Of a stretch of 64,000 nt of DNA, positions 40,056-53,600 are shown in pieces. Both the position numbers and the translations under genes were made by a program. The stretch is from the NCBI GenBank assembly GCA_964016885.1, contig OZ024743.1, positions 367,164,001 through 367,228,000 on the forward strand, in the 5' to 3' direction. The notes under the pieces were generated by a model. It made no database searches. It was not told the DNA's origin and was given only the letters and a program-made list of their open reading frames with translations. Origin of the DNA: Eledone cirrhosa (taxonomy: Eukaryota). Positions within the stretch are counted from its first letter, which is position 1. Each line of letters opens with the position of its first letter.

Positions 40056-40523
40056 AGCTAAGCGAGAGATAGAGGGGAAGAAAGAGAGGGGGGGGAGATA
40101 GTGGCTGACCGCAGCCCCCTCGTGGAGAAGCAGGAGGGTGAAGGGGTGGATCGGCTTTTTGACTTTCAAGTAGCATACTATATATATTTAAAGTAATTTA
40201 TAAGTAGAATGGGGAGGATTTTGTTTTTTTTGTTTGAGAATACGATAGAATTAAGATAGAAGGTTATGAATGTTTAACAAGCGATTTAACAAAAAGCAAA
40301 ACTGCAAGATTTGTTCTGTTCAATACGACAAAAACACCGTATTTAAACCTTAAATAGATAACAAAAAAATACAGATTTCGGATTTTGCGAGATTGGATGT
40401 TTGTTTGGACTGTGTACGGAATTGAGCGTGGAAATGGAGAGAAGGATTGTACTTTACGGTTTACATGAGTCCATCATAGAAATAATTGAAGCAAAGTGGT
40501 TAAACATGAAGGAAAACTTATCT

Positions 40524-40558
<35 letters not shown>

Positions 40559-41026
40559 AGCTAAGCGAGAGATAGAGGGGAAGAAAGAGAGGGGGGGGAG
40601 ATAGTGGCTGACCGCAGCCCCCTCGTGGAGAAGCAGGAGGGTGAAGGGGTGGATCGGCTTTTTGACTTTCAAGTAGCATACTATATATATTTAAAGTAAT
40701 TTATAAGTAGAATGGGGAGGATTTTGTTTTTTTTGTTTGAGAATACGATAGAATTAAGATAGAAGGTTATGAATGTTTAACAAGCGATTTAACAAAAAGC
40801 AAAACTGCAAGATTTGTTCTGTTCAATACGACAAAAACACCGTATTTAAACCTTAAATAGATAACAAAAAAATACAGATTTCGGATTTTGCGAGATTGGA
40901 TGTTTGTTTGGACTGTGTACGGAATTGAGCGTGGAAATGGAGAGAAGGATTGTACTTTACGGTTTACATGAGTCCATCATAGAAATAATTGAAGCAAAGT
41001 GGTTAAACATGAAGGAAAACTTATCT

Positions 41027-41063
<37 letters not shown>

Positions 41064-41531
41064 AGCTAAGCGAGAGATAGAGGGGAAGAAAGAGAGGGGG
41101 GGGAGATAGTGGCTGACCGCAGCCCCCTCGTGGAGAAGCAGGAGGGTGAAGGGGTGGATCGGCTTTTTGACTTTCAAGTAGCATACTATATATATTTAAA
41201 GTAATTTATAAGTAGAATGGGGAGGATTTTGTTTTTTTTGTTTGAGAATACGATAGAATTAAGATAGAAGGTTATGAATGTTTAACAAGCGATTTAACAA
41301 AAAGCAAAACTGCAAGATTTGTTCTGTTCAATACGACAAAAACACCGTATTTAAACCTTAAATAGATAACAAAAAAATACAGATTTCGGATTTTGCGAGA
41401 TTGGATGTTTGTTTGGACTGTGTACGGAATTGAGCGTGGAAATGGAGAGAAGGATTGTACTTTACGGTTTACATGAGTCCATCATAGAAATAATTGAAGC
41501 AAAGTGGTTAAACATGAAGGAAAACTTATCT

Positions 41532-41568
<37 letters not shown>

Positions 41569-42036
41569 AGCTAAGCGAGAGATAGAGGGGAAGAAAGAGA
41601 GGGGGGGGAGATAGTGGCTGACCGCAGCCCCCTCGTGGAGAAGCAGGAGGGTGAAGGGGTGGATCGGCTTTTTGACTTTCAAGTAGCATACTATATATAT
41701 TTAAAGTAATTTATAAGTAGAATGGGGAGGATTTTGTTTTTTTTGTTTGAGAATACGATAGAATTAAGATAGAAGGTTATGAATGTTTAACAAGCGATTT
41801 AACAAAAAGCAAAACTGCAAGATTTGTTCTGTTCAATACGACAAAAACACCGTATTTAAACCTTAAATAGATAACAAAAAAATACAGATTTCGGATTTTG
41901 CGAGATTGGATGTTTGTTTGGACTGTGTACGGAATTGAGCGTGGAAATGGAGAGAAGGATTGTACTTTACGGTTTACATGAGTCCATCATAGAAATAATT
42001 GAAGCAAAGTGGTTAAACATGAAGGAAAACTTATCT

Positions 42037-42077
<41 letters not shown>

Positions 42078-42543
42078 CTAAGCGAGAGATAGAGGGGAAG
42101 AAAGAGAGGGGGGGGAGATAGTGGCTGACCGCAGCCCCCTCGTGGAGAAGCAGGAGGGTGAAGGGGTGGATCGGCTTTTTGACTTTCAAGTAGCATACTA
42201 TATATATTTAAAGTAATTTATAAGTAGAATGGGGAGGATTTTGTTTTTTTTGTTTGAGAATACGATAGAATTAAGATAGAAGGTTATGAATGTTTAACAA
42301 GCGATTTAACAAAAAGCAAAACTGCAAGATTTGTTCTGTTCAATACGACAAAAACACCGTATTTAAACCTTAAATAGATAACAAAAAAATACAGATTTCG
42401 GATTTTGCGAGATTGGATGTTTGTTTGGACTGTGTACGGAATTGAGCGTGGAAATGGAGAGAAGGATTGTACTTTACGGTTTACATGAGTCCATCATAGA
42501 AATAATTGAAGCAAAGTGGTTAAACATGAAGGAAAACTTATCT

Positions 42544-42584
<41 letters not shown>

Positions 42585-43050
42585 CTAAGCGAGAGATAGA
42601 GGGGAAGAAAGAGAGGGGGGGGAGATAGTGGCTGACCGCAGCCCCCTCGTGGAGAAGCAGGAGGGTGAAGGGGTGGATCGGCTTTTTGACTTTCAAGTAG
42701 CATACTATATATATTTAAAGTAATTTATAAGTAGAATGGGGAGGATTTTGTTTTTTTTGTTTGAGAATACGATAGAATTAAGATAGAAGGTTATGAATGT
42801 TTAACAAGCGATTTAACAAAAAGCAAAACTGCAAGATTTGTTCTGTTCAATACGACAAAAACACCGTATTTAAACCTTAAATAGATAACAAAAAAATACA
42901 GATTTCGGATTTTGCGAGATTGGATGTTTGTTTGGACTGTGTACGGAATTGAGCGTGGAAATGGAGAGAAGGATTGTACTTTACGGTTTACATGAGTCCA
43001 TCATAGAAATAATTGAAGCAAAGTGGTTAAACATGAAGGAAAACTTATCT

Positions 43051-43085
<35 letters not shown>

Positions 43086-43553
43086 AGCTAAGCGAGAGAT
43101 AGAGGGGAAGAAAGAGAGGGGGGGGAGATAGTGGCTGACCGCAGCCCCCTCGTGGAGAAGCAGGAGGGTGAAGGGGTGGATCGGCTTTTTGACTTTCAAG
43201 TAGCATACTATATATATTTAAAGTAATTTATAAGTAGAATGGGGAGGATTTTGTTTTTTTTGTTTGAGAATACGATAGAATTAAGATAGAAGGTTATGAA
43301 TGTTTAACAAGCGATTTAACAAAAAGCAAAACTGCAAGATTTGTTCTGTTCAATACGACAAAAACACCGTATTTAAACCTTAAATAGATAACAAAAAAAT
43401 ACAGATTTCGGATTTTGCGAGATTGGATGTTTGTTTGGACTGTGTACGGAATTGAGCGTGGAAATGGAGAGAAGGATTGTACTTTACGGTTTACATGAGT
43501 CCATCATAGAAATAATTGAAGCAAAGTGGTTAAACATGAAGGAAAACTTATCT

Positions 43554-43588
<35 letters not shown>

Positions 43589-44056
43589 AGCTAAGCGAGA
43601 GATAGAGGGGAAGAAAGAGAGGGGGGGGAGATAGTGGCTGACCGCAGCCCCCTCGTGGAGAAGCAGGAGGGTGAAGGGGTGGATCGGCTTTTTGACTTTC
43701 AAGTAGCATACTATATATATTTAAAGTAATTTATAAGTAGAATGGGGAGGATTTTGTTTTTTTTGTTTGAGAATACGATAGAATTAAGATAGAAGGTTAT
43801 GAATGTTTAACAAGCGATTTAACAAAAAGCAAAACTGCAAGATTTGTTCTGTTCAATACGACAAAAACACCGTATTTAAACCTTAAATAGATAACAAAAA
43901 AATACAGATTTCGGATTTTGCGAGATTGGATGTTTGTTTGGACTGTGTACGGAATTGAGCGTGGAAATGGAGAGAAGGATTGTACTTTACGGTTTACATG
44001 AGTCCATCATAGAAATAATTGAAGCAAAGTGGTTAAACATGAAGGAAAACTTATCT

Positions 44057-44091
<35 letters not shown>

Positions 44092-44559
44092 AGCTAAGCG
44101 AGAGATAGAGGGGAAGAAAGAGAGGGGGGGGAGATAGTGGCTGACCGCAGCCCCCTCGTGGAGAAGCAGGAGGGTGAAGGGGTGGATCGGCTTTTTGACT
44201 TTCAAGTAGCATACTATATATATTTAAAGTAATTTATAAGTAGAATGGGGAGGATTTTGTTTTTTTTGTTTGAGAATACGATAGAATTAAGATAGAAGGT
44301 TATGAATGTTTAACAAGCGATTTAACAAAAAGCAAAACTGCAAGATTTGTTCTGTTCAATACGACAAAAACACCGTATTTAAACCTTAAATAGATAACAA
44401 AAAAATACAGATTTCGGATTTTGCGAGATTGGATGTTTGTTTGGACTGTGTACGGAATTGAGCGTGGAAATGGAGAGAAGGATTGTACTTTACGGTTTAC
44501 ATGAGTCCATCATAGAAATAATTGAAGCAAAGTGGTTAAACATGAAGGAAAACTTATCT

Positions 44560-44594
<35 letters not shown>

Positions 44595-45062
44595 AGCTAA
44601 GCGAGAGATAGAGGGGAAGAAAGAGAGGGGGGGGAGATAGTGGCTGACCGCAGCCCCCTCGTGGAGAAGCAGGAGGGTGAAGGGGTGGATCGGCTTTTTG
44701 ACTTTCAAGTAGCATACTATATATATTTAAAGTAATTTATAAGTAGAATGGGGAGGATTTTGTTTTTTTTGTTTGAGAATACGATAGAATTAAGATAGAA
44801 GGTTATGAATGTTTAACAAGCGATTTAACAAAAAGCAAAACTGCAAGATTTGTTCTGTTCAATACGACAAAAACACCGTATTTAAACCTTAAATAGATAA
44901 CAAAAAAATACAGATTTCGGATTTTGCGAGATTGGATGTTTGTTTGGACTGTGTACGGAATTGAGCGTGGAAATGGAGAGAAGGATTGTACTTTACGGTT
45001 TACATGAGTCCATCATAGAAATAATTGAAGCAAAGTGGTTAAACATGAAGGAAAACTTATCT

Positions 45063-45097
<35 letters not shown>

Positions 45098-45565
45098 AGC
45101 TAAGCGAGAGATAGAGGGGAAGAAAGAGAGGGGGGGGAGATAGTGGCTGACCGCAGCCCCCTCGTGGAGAAGCAGGAGGGTGAAGGGGTGGATCGGCTTT
45201 TTGACTTTCAAGTAGCATACTATATATATTTAAAGTAATTTATAAGTAGAATGGGGAGGATTTTGTTTTTTTTGTTTGAGAATACGATAGAATTAAGATA
45301 GAAGGTTATGAATGTTTAACAAGCGATTTAACAAAAAGCAAAACTGCAAGATTTGTTCTGTTCAATACGACAAAAACACCGTATTTAAACCTTAAATAGA
45401 TAACAAAAAAATACAGATTTCGGATTTTGCGAGATTGGATGTTTGTTTGGACTGTGTACGGAATTGAGCGTGGAAATGGAGAGAAGGATTGTACTTTACG
45501 GTTTACATGAGTCCATCATAGAAATAATTGAAGCAAAGTGGTTAAACATGAAGGAAAACTTATCT

Positions 45566-45600
<35 letters not shown>

Positions 45601-45658
45601 AGCTAAGCGAGAGATAGAGGGGAAGAAAGAGAGGGGGGGGAGATAGTGGCTGACCGCA
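33205..45658. repeat. Tandem array (macrosatellite) of 24 complete plus one 358-bp partial 503/505/507-bp monomers
   Basis: The unit starts gaaggttatgaatg at 33205, 33708, ... 45301. The span of 12096 bp equals 24x503+24, and the excess is explained by six +2 and three +4 (GT)n variants, consistent with the ORF-track frame pattern. Confidence 0.98.
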
Positions 45659-45992
45659 TATATATATACAAGAAGATAAATAAAATTTTGTTTGTGTAGG
45701 TCAAATCAATTATGTTTGGGATCAATACAGAAACAAAATATGGAAAGACTGCTTACCAAATATTCTCGGCATGTTACTTAGAGTTATGTGGCATAGGTAT
45801 TCATGTATAATGGTTTTGGTACAATTGCTAAGTTCACAGAGTATTTAATATATAAATATGTTACCAGGAAAAAATTAAGAAAAACTAGGCAGGAAGAAGT
45901 GAACAAAAGAAGAATTTATTGTGTAATCTATCTTTAACATATGTTTCTGCACACCTACATAACAGTTTACATCCATTGACTACATTGTAGTC

Positions 45993-46135
45993 AGTTACAT
46001 TCTTAGTGGTGAGTTCCGCATTTCTGCAATAAGCATTGCTTACTACTACCAAAGCTAATCATTTGTATATTAGCTTTATCAGCAGTAAGCAATGCTTATT
46101 GCAGAACTGTGGAACTCACAACTGAGAATATAACT
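45993..46135. mobile_element. Hairpin/MITE-like palindrome (~67-bp arms)
   Basis: ttctgcaataagcattgcttact pairs with agtaagcaatgcttattgcagaa. Pairing extends to agtta/taact outside and aaagctaat/attagcttt inside. Confidence 0.65.
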
Positions 46136-46224
46136 AATATTTTCCTGGATAATTCTCTTTCTGATGAAGTGCAATTGCAGACACATAATGCATACGAATG
46201 AAAATTATACAATGTTATCAGCAG

Positions 46225-47325
46225 ATGGTCCTTAAAAAGAATTATGTGTAGAAGAATGGCTTGTGAGAGTGGTATAAGCCATGTATATAGTCAGTAAAGT
46301 GAGAGTAGGAAGTGAATTTAGTGAGGAACTCAAAGTACATGTAGGAGTTCATCAGGGTTTTGTTCTCAGCCCACTGCTGTTCAGACTGGCTGTCTATGCA
46401 GATGATCTGGTCCTTATATCTGAATCTATAAAAGAACTAGAGAATAAGTTCCAACAATAGAAACAGAATTTGGAATCAAACGGGCTGAGAGTAAACTTGG
46501 CCATAACTAAAGTGGTAGTAAGTAGGAAAAAAGATAGGATGCTGATTCCTTCAGGGAAGTGGTCCTGCTCAATATGTAGAAAAGGAGTAGACATACACTC
46601 TATATGATGTACACAATATAAATCTTGGGTACTAAAGTGATGTTGTATGATAACAGGTAGACCATCAGGAAGGGAAGACTTTGTATGTAGAAGATGCACA
46701 GGGGTAATCAAATGGAAGAGTGTCAGAGATATAAATCTTTTCCAATCACATGAAGGGTCCATAAAAATGGTTGATAGCTTCTGCTATCTAGATGACCTAA
46801 TTAGCAGCAGAGAAGGGTGCTCCAAGAGCATAATAGCTAAAATACAGATAGGATGGAAGAAGTTTAGAGAGTTACTCCCACTGTTGACAAAAAAAAAAAG
46901 TTTCATCCTACATATAGAAGGATGACTGTATGATGACTGTGTGTGAAGTGTGATGCCGCATGGGCAGTGACTGTAGAGGCTGGAGAGAAAGCAACCATGC
47001 TTCATTGGATGTGTAATATGAGAGAAAGGTAGATCTTGGATAAACTGAGTGACAAACTGGGTTTAAGAAGAATCTGAAGTGATGTGTAAGAGAGAAGACT
47101 GTGTTGGTATGGGAATGTGATGCACATGGATGATGATTGCTGGGTGAAGAAATGCTAGGAAATCCCAGTAGAAGGAAGCTGCAGTTGAGGTAGACCAAGG
47201 AAGACCTGGGAAAAGGTGGTGAAAGCTGATCTCAAATTGCTGAAACATGATGAGTGGAGAGATGCTGTGTTGAAAAGGACCCATCCAAAAATTGACATAA
47301 AAACGATGATGAGGATGATGATGAT
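46225..47325 (+). pseudogene. Degraded 5'-truncated RTE (RT plus PHD-like finger plus C-terminus)
   Basis: GVHQGFVLSPLL, YADDLVL, WSCSICRKG, DFVCRRC, VDSFCYL and IGWKKFRELLPLL, ending in a (GAT)n tail. Confidence 0.85.
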
Positions 47326-47601
47326 AACATTAAAATGTAAATTTATTATTTACGAAATTGAAATGAAAATTTTAGAAATATTTTTATTTTATAATAGTGG
47401 AATTTGATTTTATAGATATTACTTTCACATGATTGAATATCCATAAAATTTTGAATTTAATATCAAAATATTCTCTAGAACTGATTTGTCATCATTTTGA
47501 CTTGACTTCTGATCAATTCATTTGTGCAAATGAGTGAGCTTTTTGAATTGAAGACTCATGTAAGACAGGATTGTTGACAATTATGATATGGAATATTAGA
47601 A

Positions 47602-47630
47602 TGTAGTAGTAGTAGTAGTACTAGCAGTAT

Positions 47631-47686
<56 letters not shown>

Positions 47687-47715
47687 TTACTACTACTACT
47701 AGTTGTAGTAGTAGT
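47602..47715. repeat. (TAG)n/(TAC)n trinucleotide microsatellite
   Basis: Read directly from the sequence. Confidence 0.9.
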
Positions 47716-48329
47716 ATTAGCATCAACAGCACAGCAGCAACAATGACTACGATGATGATGTCGATAACGATGATGATGATGACAGCGGTGATGACAATGA
47801 CAACAACAACAGAAATTGTAATTATAGAAGATGTAACATCACAAACAAAAATTGTCTAATTATCCAAGTTTTAAATTGTGTGTATGTGAGTGTATGTGGT
47901 ATAGAGAATGGGGTGGTGGTAGTGGTGGTGGCAGAGGGGTGGGGGTTGGAGGAGGAAGAATGATACGGAAACTACAGTAACAGGATAGAATTGGAAATAA
48001 ACAGGAAAAAGTAAAACTAAAATATGAGCAAGTTATCTGAGAAAGCTTCAAACTAAAAAATGACAGATAATTATAGTTTTGGGAAATATTCACATGCCAA
48101 GGAAGACCTTATCCTGGAGAGAAGAAGCAGAACAAATAAGGAACACCAAAAAGAAAAAGAGAGGAAGAAAAAGTGATAGCAAAATAACAGTAATAAACCT
48201 GTAACAGAAACTAGCTCTGGGAATATCCAATATTGGATGGTGTGAATACTAATCCTAGATTGGATGTAGGCCTATTATCTAAGATGTTCAAATATAATCT
48301 GCTGTGGCACATAAAATTTAAGATTGAAG

Positions 48330-48530
48330 CAATAATAATAATTGTTTCTACTTTAGGCACAAGGCCAGCAATTACCCAGTGCATTACTGGTACTTTATTT
48401 TATCGACCCCGTAAGGATGAAAGGCAAAGTCAACCTCGGCGGGATTTGAACTCAGATAGTAAAGGGAAGTAACTATGCTGGAAAGCATGGCGTCCGACCC
48501 TCTACCGACACTGCCAATCCACCACTCTTG
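48330..48530 (-). mobile_element. tRNA-derived SINE, family B
   Basis: The reverse strand reads ttggcagtgtcggtag (A-box-like), ctgagttcaaatccc (B box), gaggttgactttgcctttcatcc..ggggtcgataaaataaagtacc and an (ATT)n tail. A homologue lies at 57806-57992. Confidence 0.75.
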
Positions 48531-48572
48531 AAGCAATAATAATGATAATGGGTACGATGAGGACGATGTTAA

Positions 48573-48927
48573 ATGATGATGATGATGATGATGATGGTGG
48601 TGATGATGATGATGATGATAATGATGCTGATGATGATGATGCTGATGATGATGATGATAATGGTGATGATGGTGATGATGATGATGATGATAATGATGGC
48701 GATGATGATGATGATGGTGGTGATGATGATGATGGTGATGATAATGATGGTGATGATGATGATGATGATAATGATGGTGGTGATGATGATGATGATGATG
48801 ATAATGATGCTGATGATGATGATGATGCTGATGATGATGATGATGATGATGATGATAATGATGGTGGTGATGATGATGATGATGATGATAATGATGGTGA
48901 TGATGATGATGATGATAATGATGGTGG

Positions 48928-48957
<30 letters not shown>
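48573..48957. repeat. (GAT)n microsatellite with recurring AAT/GGT/GCT variants
   Basis: Read directly. It produces the spurious poly-D, poly-M and poly-H ORFs. Confidence 0.95.
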
Positions 48958-48958
<1 letters not shown>

Positions 48959-49539
48959 ACCTTTTCAAACCATGTATTATAAAGATAATATTAAAAACAC
49001 AACCCTACTCACTGCATTCTTAATCTACAAAGTATCAGATATGTACATGCTAGCAAGGGAGCTTCTATGTGGTTGCACAACCTGATAGAAATTTCAGCCA
49101 ATTCTCCATCAAATTGCCCCCTACTATCTTAATGTAGCCTACTGCCTGAAATAAAAATAAACAAGTTGATCACAGTTGGAATACTGTTGATTCTAGTTAA
49201 CCAGTACCTGTTTGATCAAAGCTAACTTGGGGCAAATTACTTACTGCATTCTAATCCTACCACCATAAAGCCACTAGCTTTATGGTGGTATGGGGAGAAT
49301 GCACATAGGGTGGATGAGGTCTAATAAAAATAAAGAACTATTACAAAGTAATTGCATTAGGTCTAGAAGAAAACTTAGTAATTTAAGTGCTTCTCTCTAT
49401 ATAAGAAAACAATAAAGTACAAAATAGAATCTAATTATTCTGAATAAAAAGGTTTAGATAAGGACAAACAACAGAGGAGGTAAAAAAAATATCGACAAAA
49501 TATAAAATCAAATAGGAATTTCAAAACAACTACTAGAGA

Positions 49540-49770
49540 AAAATTCTAGAGAGAAATCTCTCTATGGTCAGTATCCTGCAAGACTGGACAGAGAGGAAAT
49601 GAACCAACACTGATAGCCACCAATGGCTCAAAAGCTCTAGACTAAAAGCAGAAATGAAAGATCTGATTTTAGCAGCATATGATTGATACTTAGCCATAAA
49701 AATAACAAAGCAAGAGGCTAATGTCAATTGCAGACTATGTAATCAATATAAAGAAACAATCAACAAGTTC
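49540..49770 (+). pseudogene. R4/Dong-like non-LTR retrotransposon C-terminal fragment
   Basis: HQWLKSSRLKAEMKDLILAAYD...[13 protein letters not shown] resembles WL....LK.ETEG.I.AAQDQ...CRLC...ETI.H. Confidence 0.6.
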
Positions 49771-49865
49771 AAAGAGAACCTTGCAGATAGGATAATAAAA
49801 GACAGAAAAGATAGGCAAACATTTTGATTGTTCTCAAACAAAACAACACCAAAAAGCAATGCTGC

Positions 49866-50122
49866 ACACACACACATACACACACCCACACATATACACA
49901 CACAGACACACACATACACATACATGCACACACACACACCTACATACACACACACACACAGACAGACACACACACACACACACACACAGACACAGACAGA
50001 CAGACACACACACACACACACACAGACAGACACACACACATACACACAGACACAGACAGATCCACACACACAGATGCACACAGAGACACACACACACAGA
50101 CAGACACACAGCCACACACACA
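49866..50122. repeat. (CA)n/(CAGA)n microsatellite
   Basis: Read directly from the sequence. Confidence 0.95.
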
Positions 50123-50487
50123 TATATGACGGAATTAAGAAATATACTTAATGGTGTAGTGAAAGATTCTCATGAAACTACTGAAAAAAACATTATGATA
50201 ATGATTTCTAATATAAGCACAAGATGACACATTTTGAGGGAAACTACAATCAATGATATTGACCCCTAGTACTTAATTAATACTTATTTTGTTAAAAATG
50301 GAAGGATGAAACATAAAGTTAACCTAAAAGGTATTTGGGATTCAGAATGTAAAGGACTTTAACAAAATATAGTAAGGAAGTCTGTCTATCTCCCTACCAA
50401 CCCTATCATCCAGCAGCTTCATAATAATAACAATAATGATTTCTAATACTGGAACAAGACTTCACATTTTATGCAGAGGGGTGTTGT

Positions 50488-50677
50488 CAGACCTGGATTA
50501 AGTTCTTTTGGGGCTCTAAGCAATTAAAAGACTATGGTGTCCCCTCACTCATATATAAAATCTGCCAAAACAGTTTTTGGGGAAAGACAAATACATTTAA
50601 TTTGAATAAAATGGTACTCCTTTTACCTTGATACCCTAAGCTTCAGCTTACTTTGCTTAATGGTTAATCCAGCCTTG
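50488..50677. mobile_element. Putative hAT-type MITE (~190 bp)
   Basis: Imperfect 14-bp TIRs cagacctggattaa / ttaatccagccttg. The flanks ggtgttgt and ggtgaatt only partly match as a TSD. Confidence 0.45.
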
Positions 50678-53600
50678 GGTGAATTCAATTAAATTCATCC
50701 TACCATTTGACTGACTCCAAAGATACAAATATTCATGGGCCAGGTGGCAACATTAAACTGATTGACATATTAAGTAAAACTTCCAAATCCCTACAAGACT
50801 TACTTTTCCTTTTATCACTTTAGGATCAAGGAAATAAATAGCAGTTGGATCCTAGGGTCTATTTAATGTCCTATACCTACCCCTTAAATTTGATGGATTG
50901 TGTCTATGTCAAAAAATCAATTGTCATATTTTAAGATTGTTGAATGTATACTCTAATGAAACAAGAATAATATGAGTCAAAAATGAAACATCTACATGGT
51001 TATCTGATCTGCCATGAATAGCAGTAAAATCTCTCTCAAATCACACTCTACCATCTTAGAAAAGAAGGTTATATTGTTTAATGTAATCCTAAATATCACA
51101 GCTAGAACATATTTGATCCTATGTCTGCTTGACCAGAGCTGTCCTAAGGTTAAAACAAAGCAGCAATATCCTTACTGATAGCTATGCTTGTAGCAAGCAA
51201 TGGCACTACTTTATCACAGTGGAATAATTCGGTCATGCTTGGTCAGTTGCCAGCCCTTTGGATTGGTGGCAGAGGAATACTAAGAACGATTTTCTTCATT
51301 GTGCCTTCTAATGCCGAGAGTAATAACGATATATAACTCTGCGAGGAATTACCTTTTATCGTTCAACTTAATTATGAGATATGTTGCAGCACTTCACTCT
51401 CTTGTACTTATATTAATACGAAGAAGAAAATAAAATTGTTATTATGTTTTAACATATGCCTTCTGATCTGGCCCTCAACTATGAAACATGCTACCAATTC
51501 CCAGAAATTATTGTTGAAACTTGGATGGAAATTTCTTTGGTTATTAGAAAGACTACAATAACAGAAAATACAATGATTAAGTGATATGAAAGCATGAGTG
51601 TATAGGCACAGCAGAATACATATATGTGTGGTTCATCAACAGAAAAGACTAGAAGTACATACAAGTAGGAAGAAACAAATAGAAGGCAACATTTTAATAT
51701 GAGTTGTTGTTTAACTAAAGTCATCTTTGATCCAGCAGAACTATGATCAAAATTATTGTCACTCTTTCCAGACATAGTGTATCTAGGTTTATATTATCTA
51801 ATGTGTCTTTCCTTTTTTTAAGATAATAGGGAAAGATTTGAGGGAGATGTGGTTGCTATTTCTAGCAGGTCAAACAACCACATATAGACTGTTCTGCTGG
51901 TTCGTCAATCTGAAGTATTTTTGTAAAGAAACATTTGCTTAACTTTGAGCAGGATTTTGCTTAAATTGCAATACTTCTTGAAAAGACAAAAGTTATTGGG
52001 CAGGATTATCTGATAATAGATACATAAAACCTGTAGTCTGTTTACTGATATCAGGAATTCCTTCTTACTAAGAAATCTCTAATTATATTATAATACAAGC
52101 TAGCTATCATATTGGGGCATAGTGTGGTGTAAAGAAATTAAATCTGAGAAATGATTGTAGAGGCAGTGAAGGGGACTATCTTTTCCTACATCAGTGTTCC
52201 GTTAAACAAGAAAATAAAATAGAAACAAAGCAACACACAGAACAACAGCTTTTGTTTACATCTAACATGTATCTCAAGAAATGCAATAATCAAGAAAAGC
52301 AGCAATGGAGATTTATTTTTTCTCAATCATTTTGAATGTCTAATACTTTAGAACAAGATTGTTTCTCTTCTTGTGTGCTGTCAGTTTAGTCTAATGATTT
52401 CAGGATACAAATTTCAGTTGATTTATAGCATACTAACTTAGAGAGAAGAATTACGATGCATGGAAGCGATTATACAAGCTCACTATCTCAGGTCATAGGA
52501 TTTATGTTAGGTGACCAGCAAACCTCTTCATTCATGGAAGACAAATTAATAACTTTCACGTGAAATTTGAAAGGAAAGTAAATATAAAATAAAAATGAGA
52601 ACAAAAAGAGAACCAACTGAAAAGTCTTATGTAAATATGAATATTGGTTTACTAAAATATCTTCCTTTTTACGTTAAGAAACATTGATTCTTTAAATCTA
52701 AATGGAATTATCTTATTGTGTTTGATCACCAATAAATTTACAATAGACCAGTGTTTTTCACCTTATTAACAGATCAATAAAGGTAACTTTGAAGTTCTAT
52801 TAATGTTATTCTTCATCTGATTTCACTTCCATAATGAAATTTGATAGAAAATTAGAAATTTGAAAAATCTGCCAACTATTGTTTGACTCACTTCTCTTCA
52901 CATCATTGAAAATTCAATAGAAACTAATTTAAGAATATAAACAATCTTCCTGAGTCTAAAGAATCTTTCCTAGAAAAATCCTTTTGACTGATTCAGCTCT
53001 AATGCTGTTAATTTCTTTGTAATGCAAATTCATTATAATAATCGACCAAATTTGAATAGAAATAAAAGCACTCATTTGAAATCAGTTTTCTTCTCAAATA
53101 ATTGTAATGGTGCAATGTGATATTTTCTGTGGAGAAGACCTATCAAAACATGTATTAAAACATGAGAACATCAGTTATCTTCAAATGTTTGTACCTTGAA
53201 AGTAAATAATCTTTGTTATAATGTAAATATTATAAGGCCAGAATAAATTTTTATAACAAAAGTGAACAGGATATGTTAAAATAATACACACGACCATCTA
53301 GTGGGACATAATTGGCACACTATTCCAGAGAAGAATAAAGTGATTCTAATATAGTTATTTATTCAGAAAGGGTGGGGTAACTGAAATACTATTATACATT
53401 CTCTTAAGGCAAGAATTCAAGATTAAATATGTTTAAGAGGCTCCCTATATTTTTGAAGATGGACACACAAAATTGCCTAATTTTACTTCTTTTATCATAG
53501 TTGAGTTAAATATGTTCATCCCCCACATTACTCTAAACAACTTCAACATAACAGTGTTCGGCCTGTACATTCTATATTTTAAAGATTTTCCTAGATATTT

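Larger units (their letters stand above)
29362..45658 (-). mobile_element. Young full-length RTE-clade LINE with a 12.45-kb tandem-monomer 5' region, inserted in (TA)n
   Basis: Reading on the + strand: (ATC)7 tail 29362-29382, 3'UTR 29383-29716, intact ORF 29717-33004, G-rich linker 33005-33204, monomer array 33205-45658. (TA)n lies on both flanks. Confidence 0.85.

Noticed and set aside
33347-45646. Repeated 66-69 aa ORFs (MFGLCTEL..., MKVKKPIH..., MLLESQKA...) in each monomer
   Set aside because: They use non-ATG starts and run through the (TA)(GT)n microsatellite. They switch frame with repeat length and have no recognisable domain.
33205-45658. CRISPR array, rDNA/5S, snRNA or tRNA gene cluster interpretation of the array
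   Set aside because: There are no unique spacers or cas genes, and the context is eukaryotic. I recognised no 5S, tRNA, snRNA or spliced-leader sequence in the monomer; an Rfam scan would confirm this.
48384-49085. Poly-His, poly-Asp and poly-Met ORFs
   Set aside because: These are translations of a (GAT)n microsatellite.
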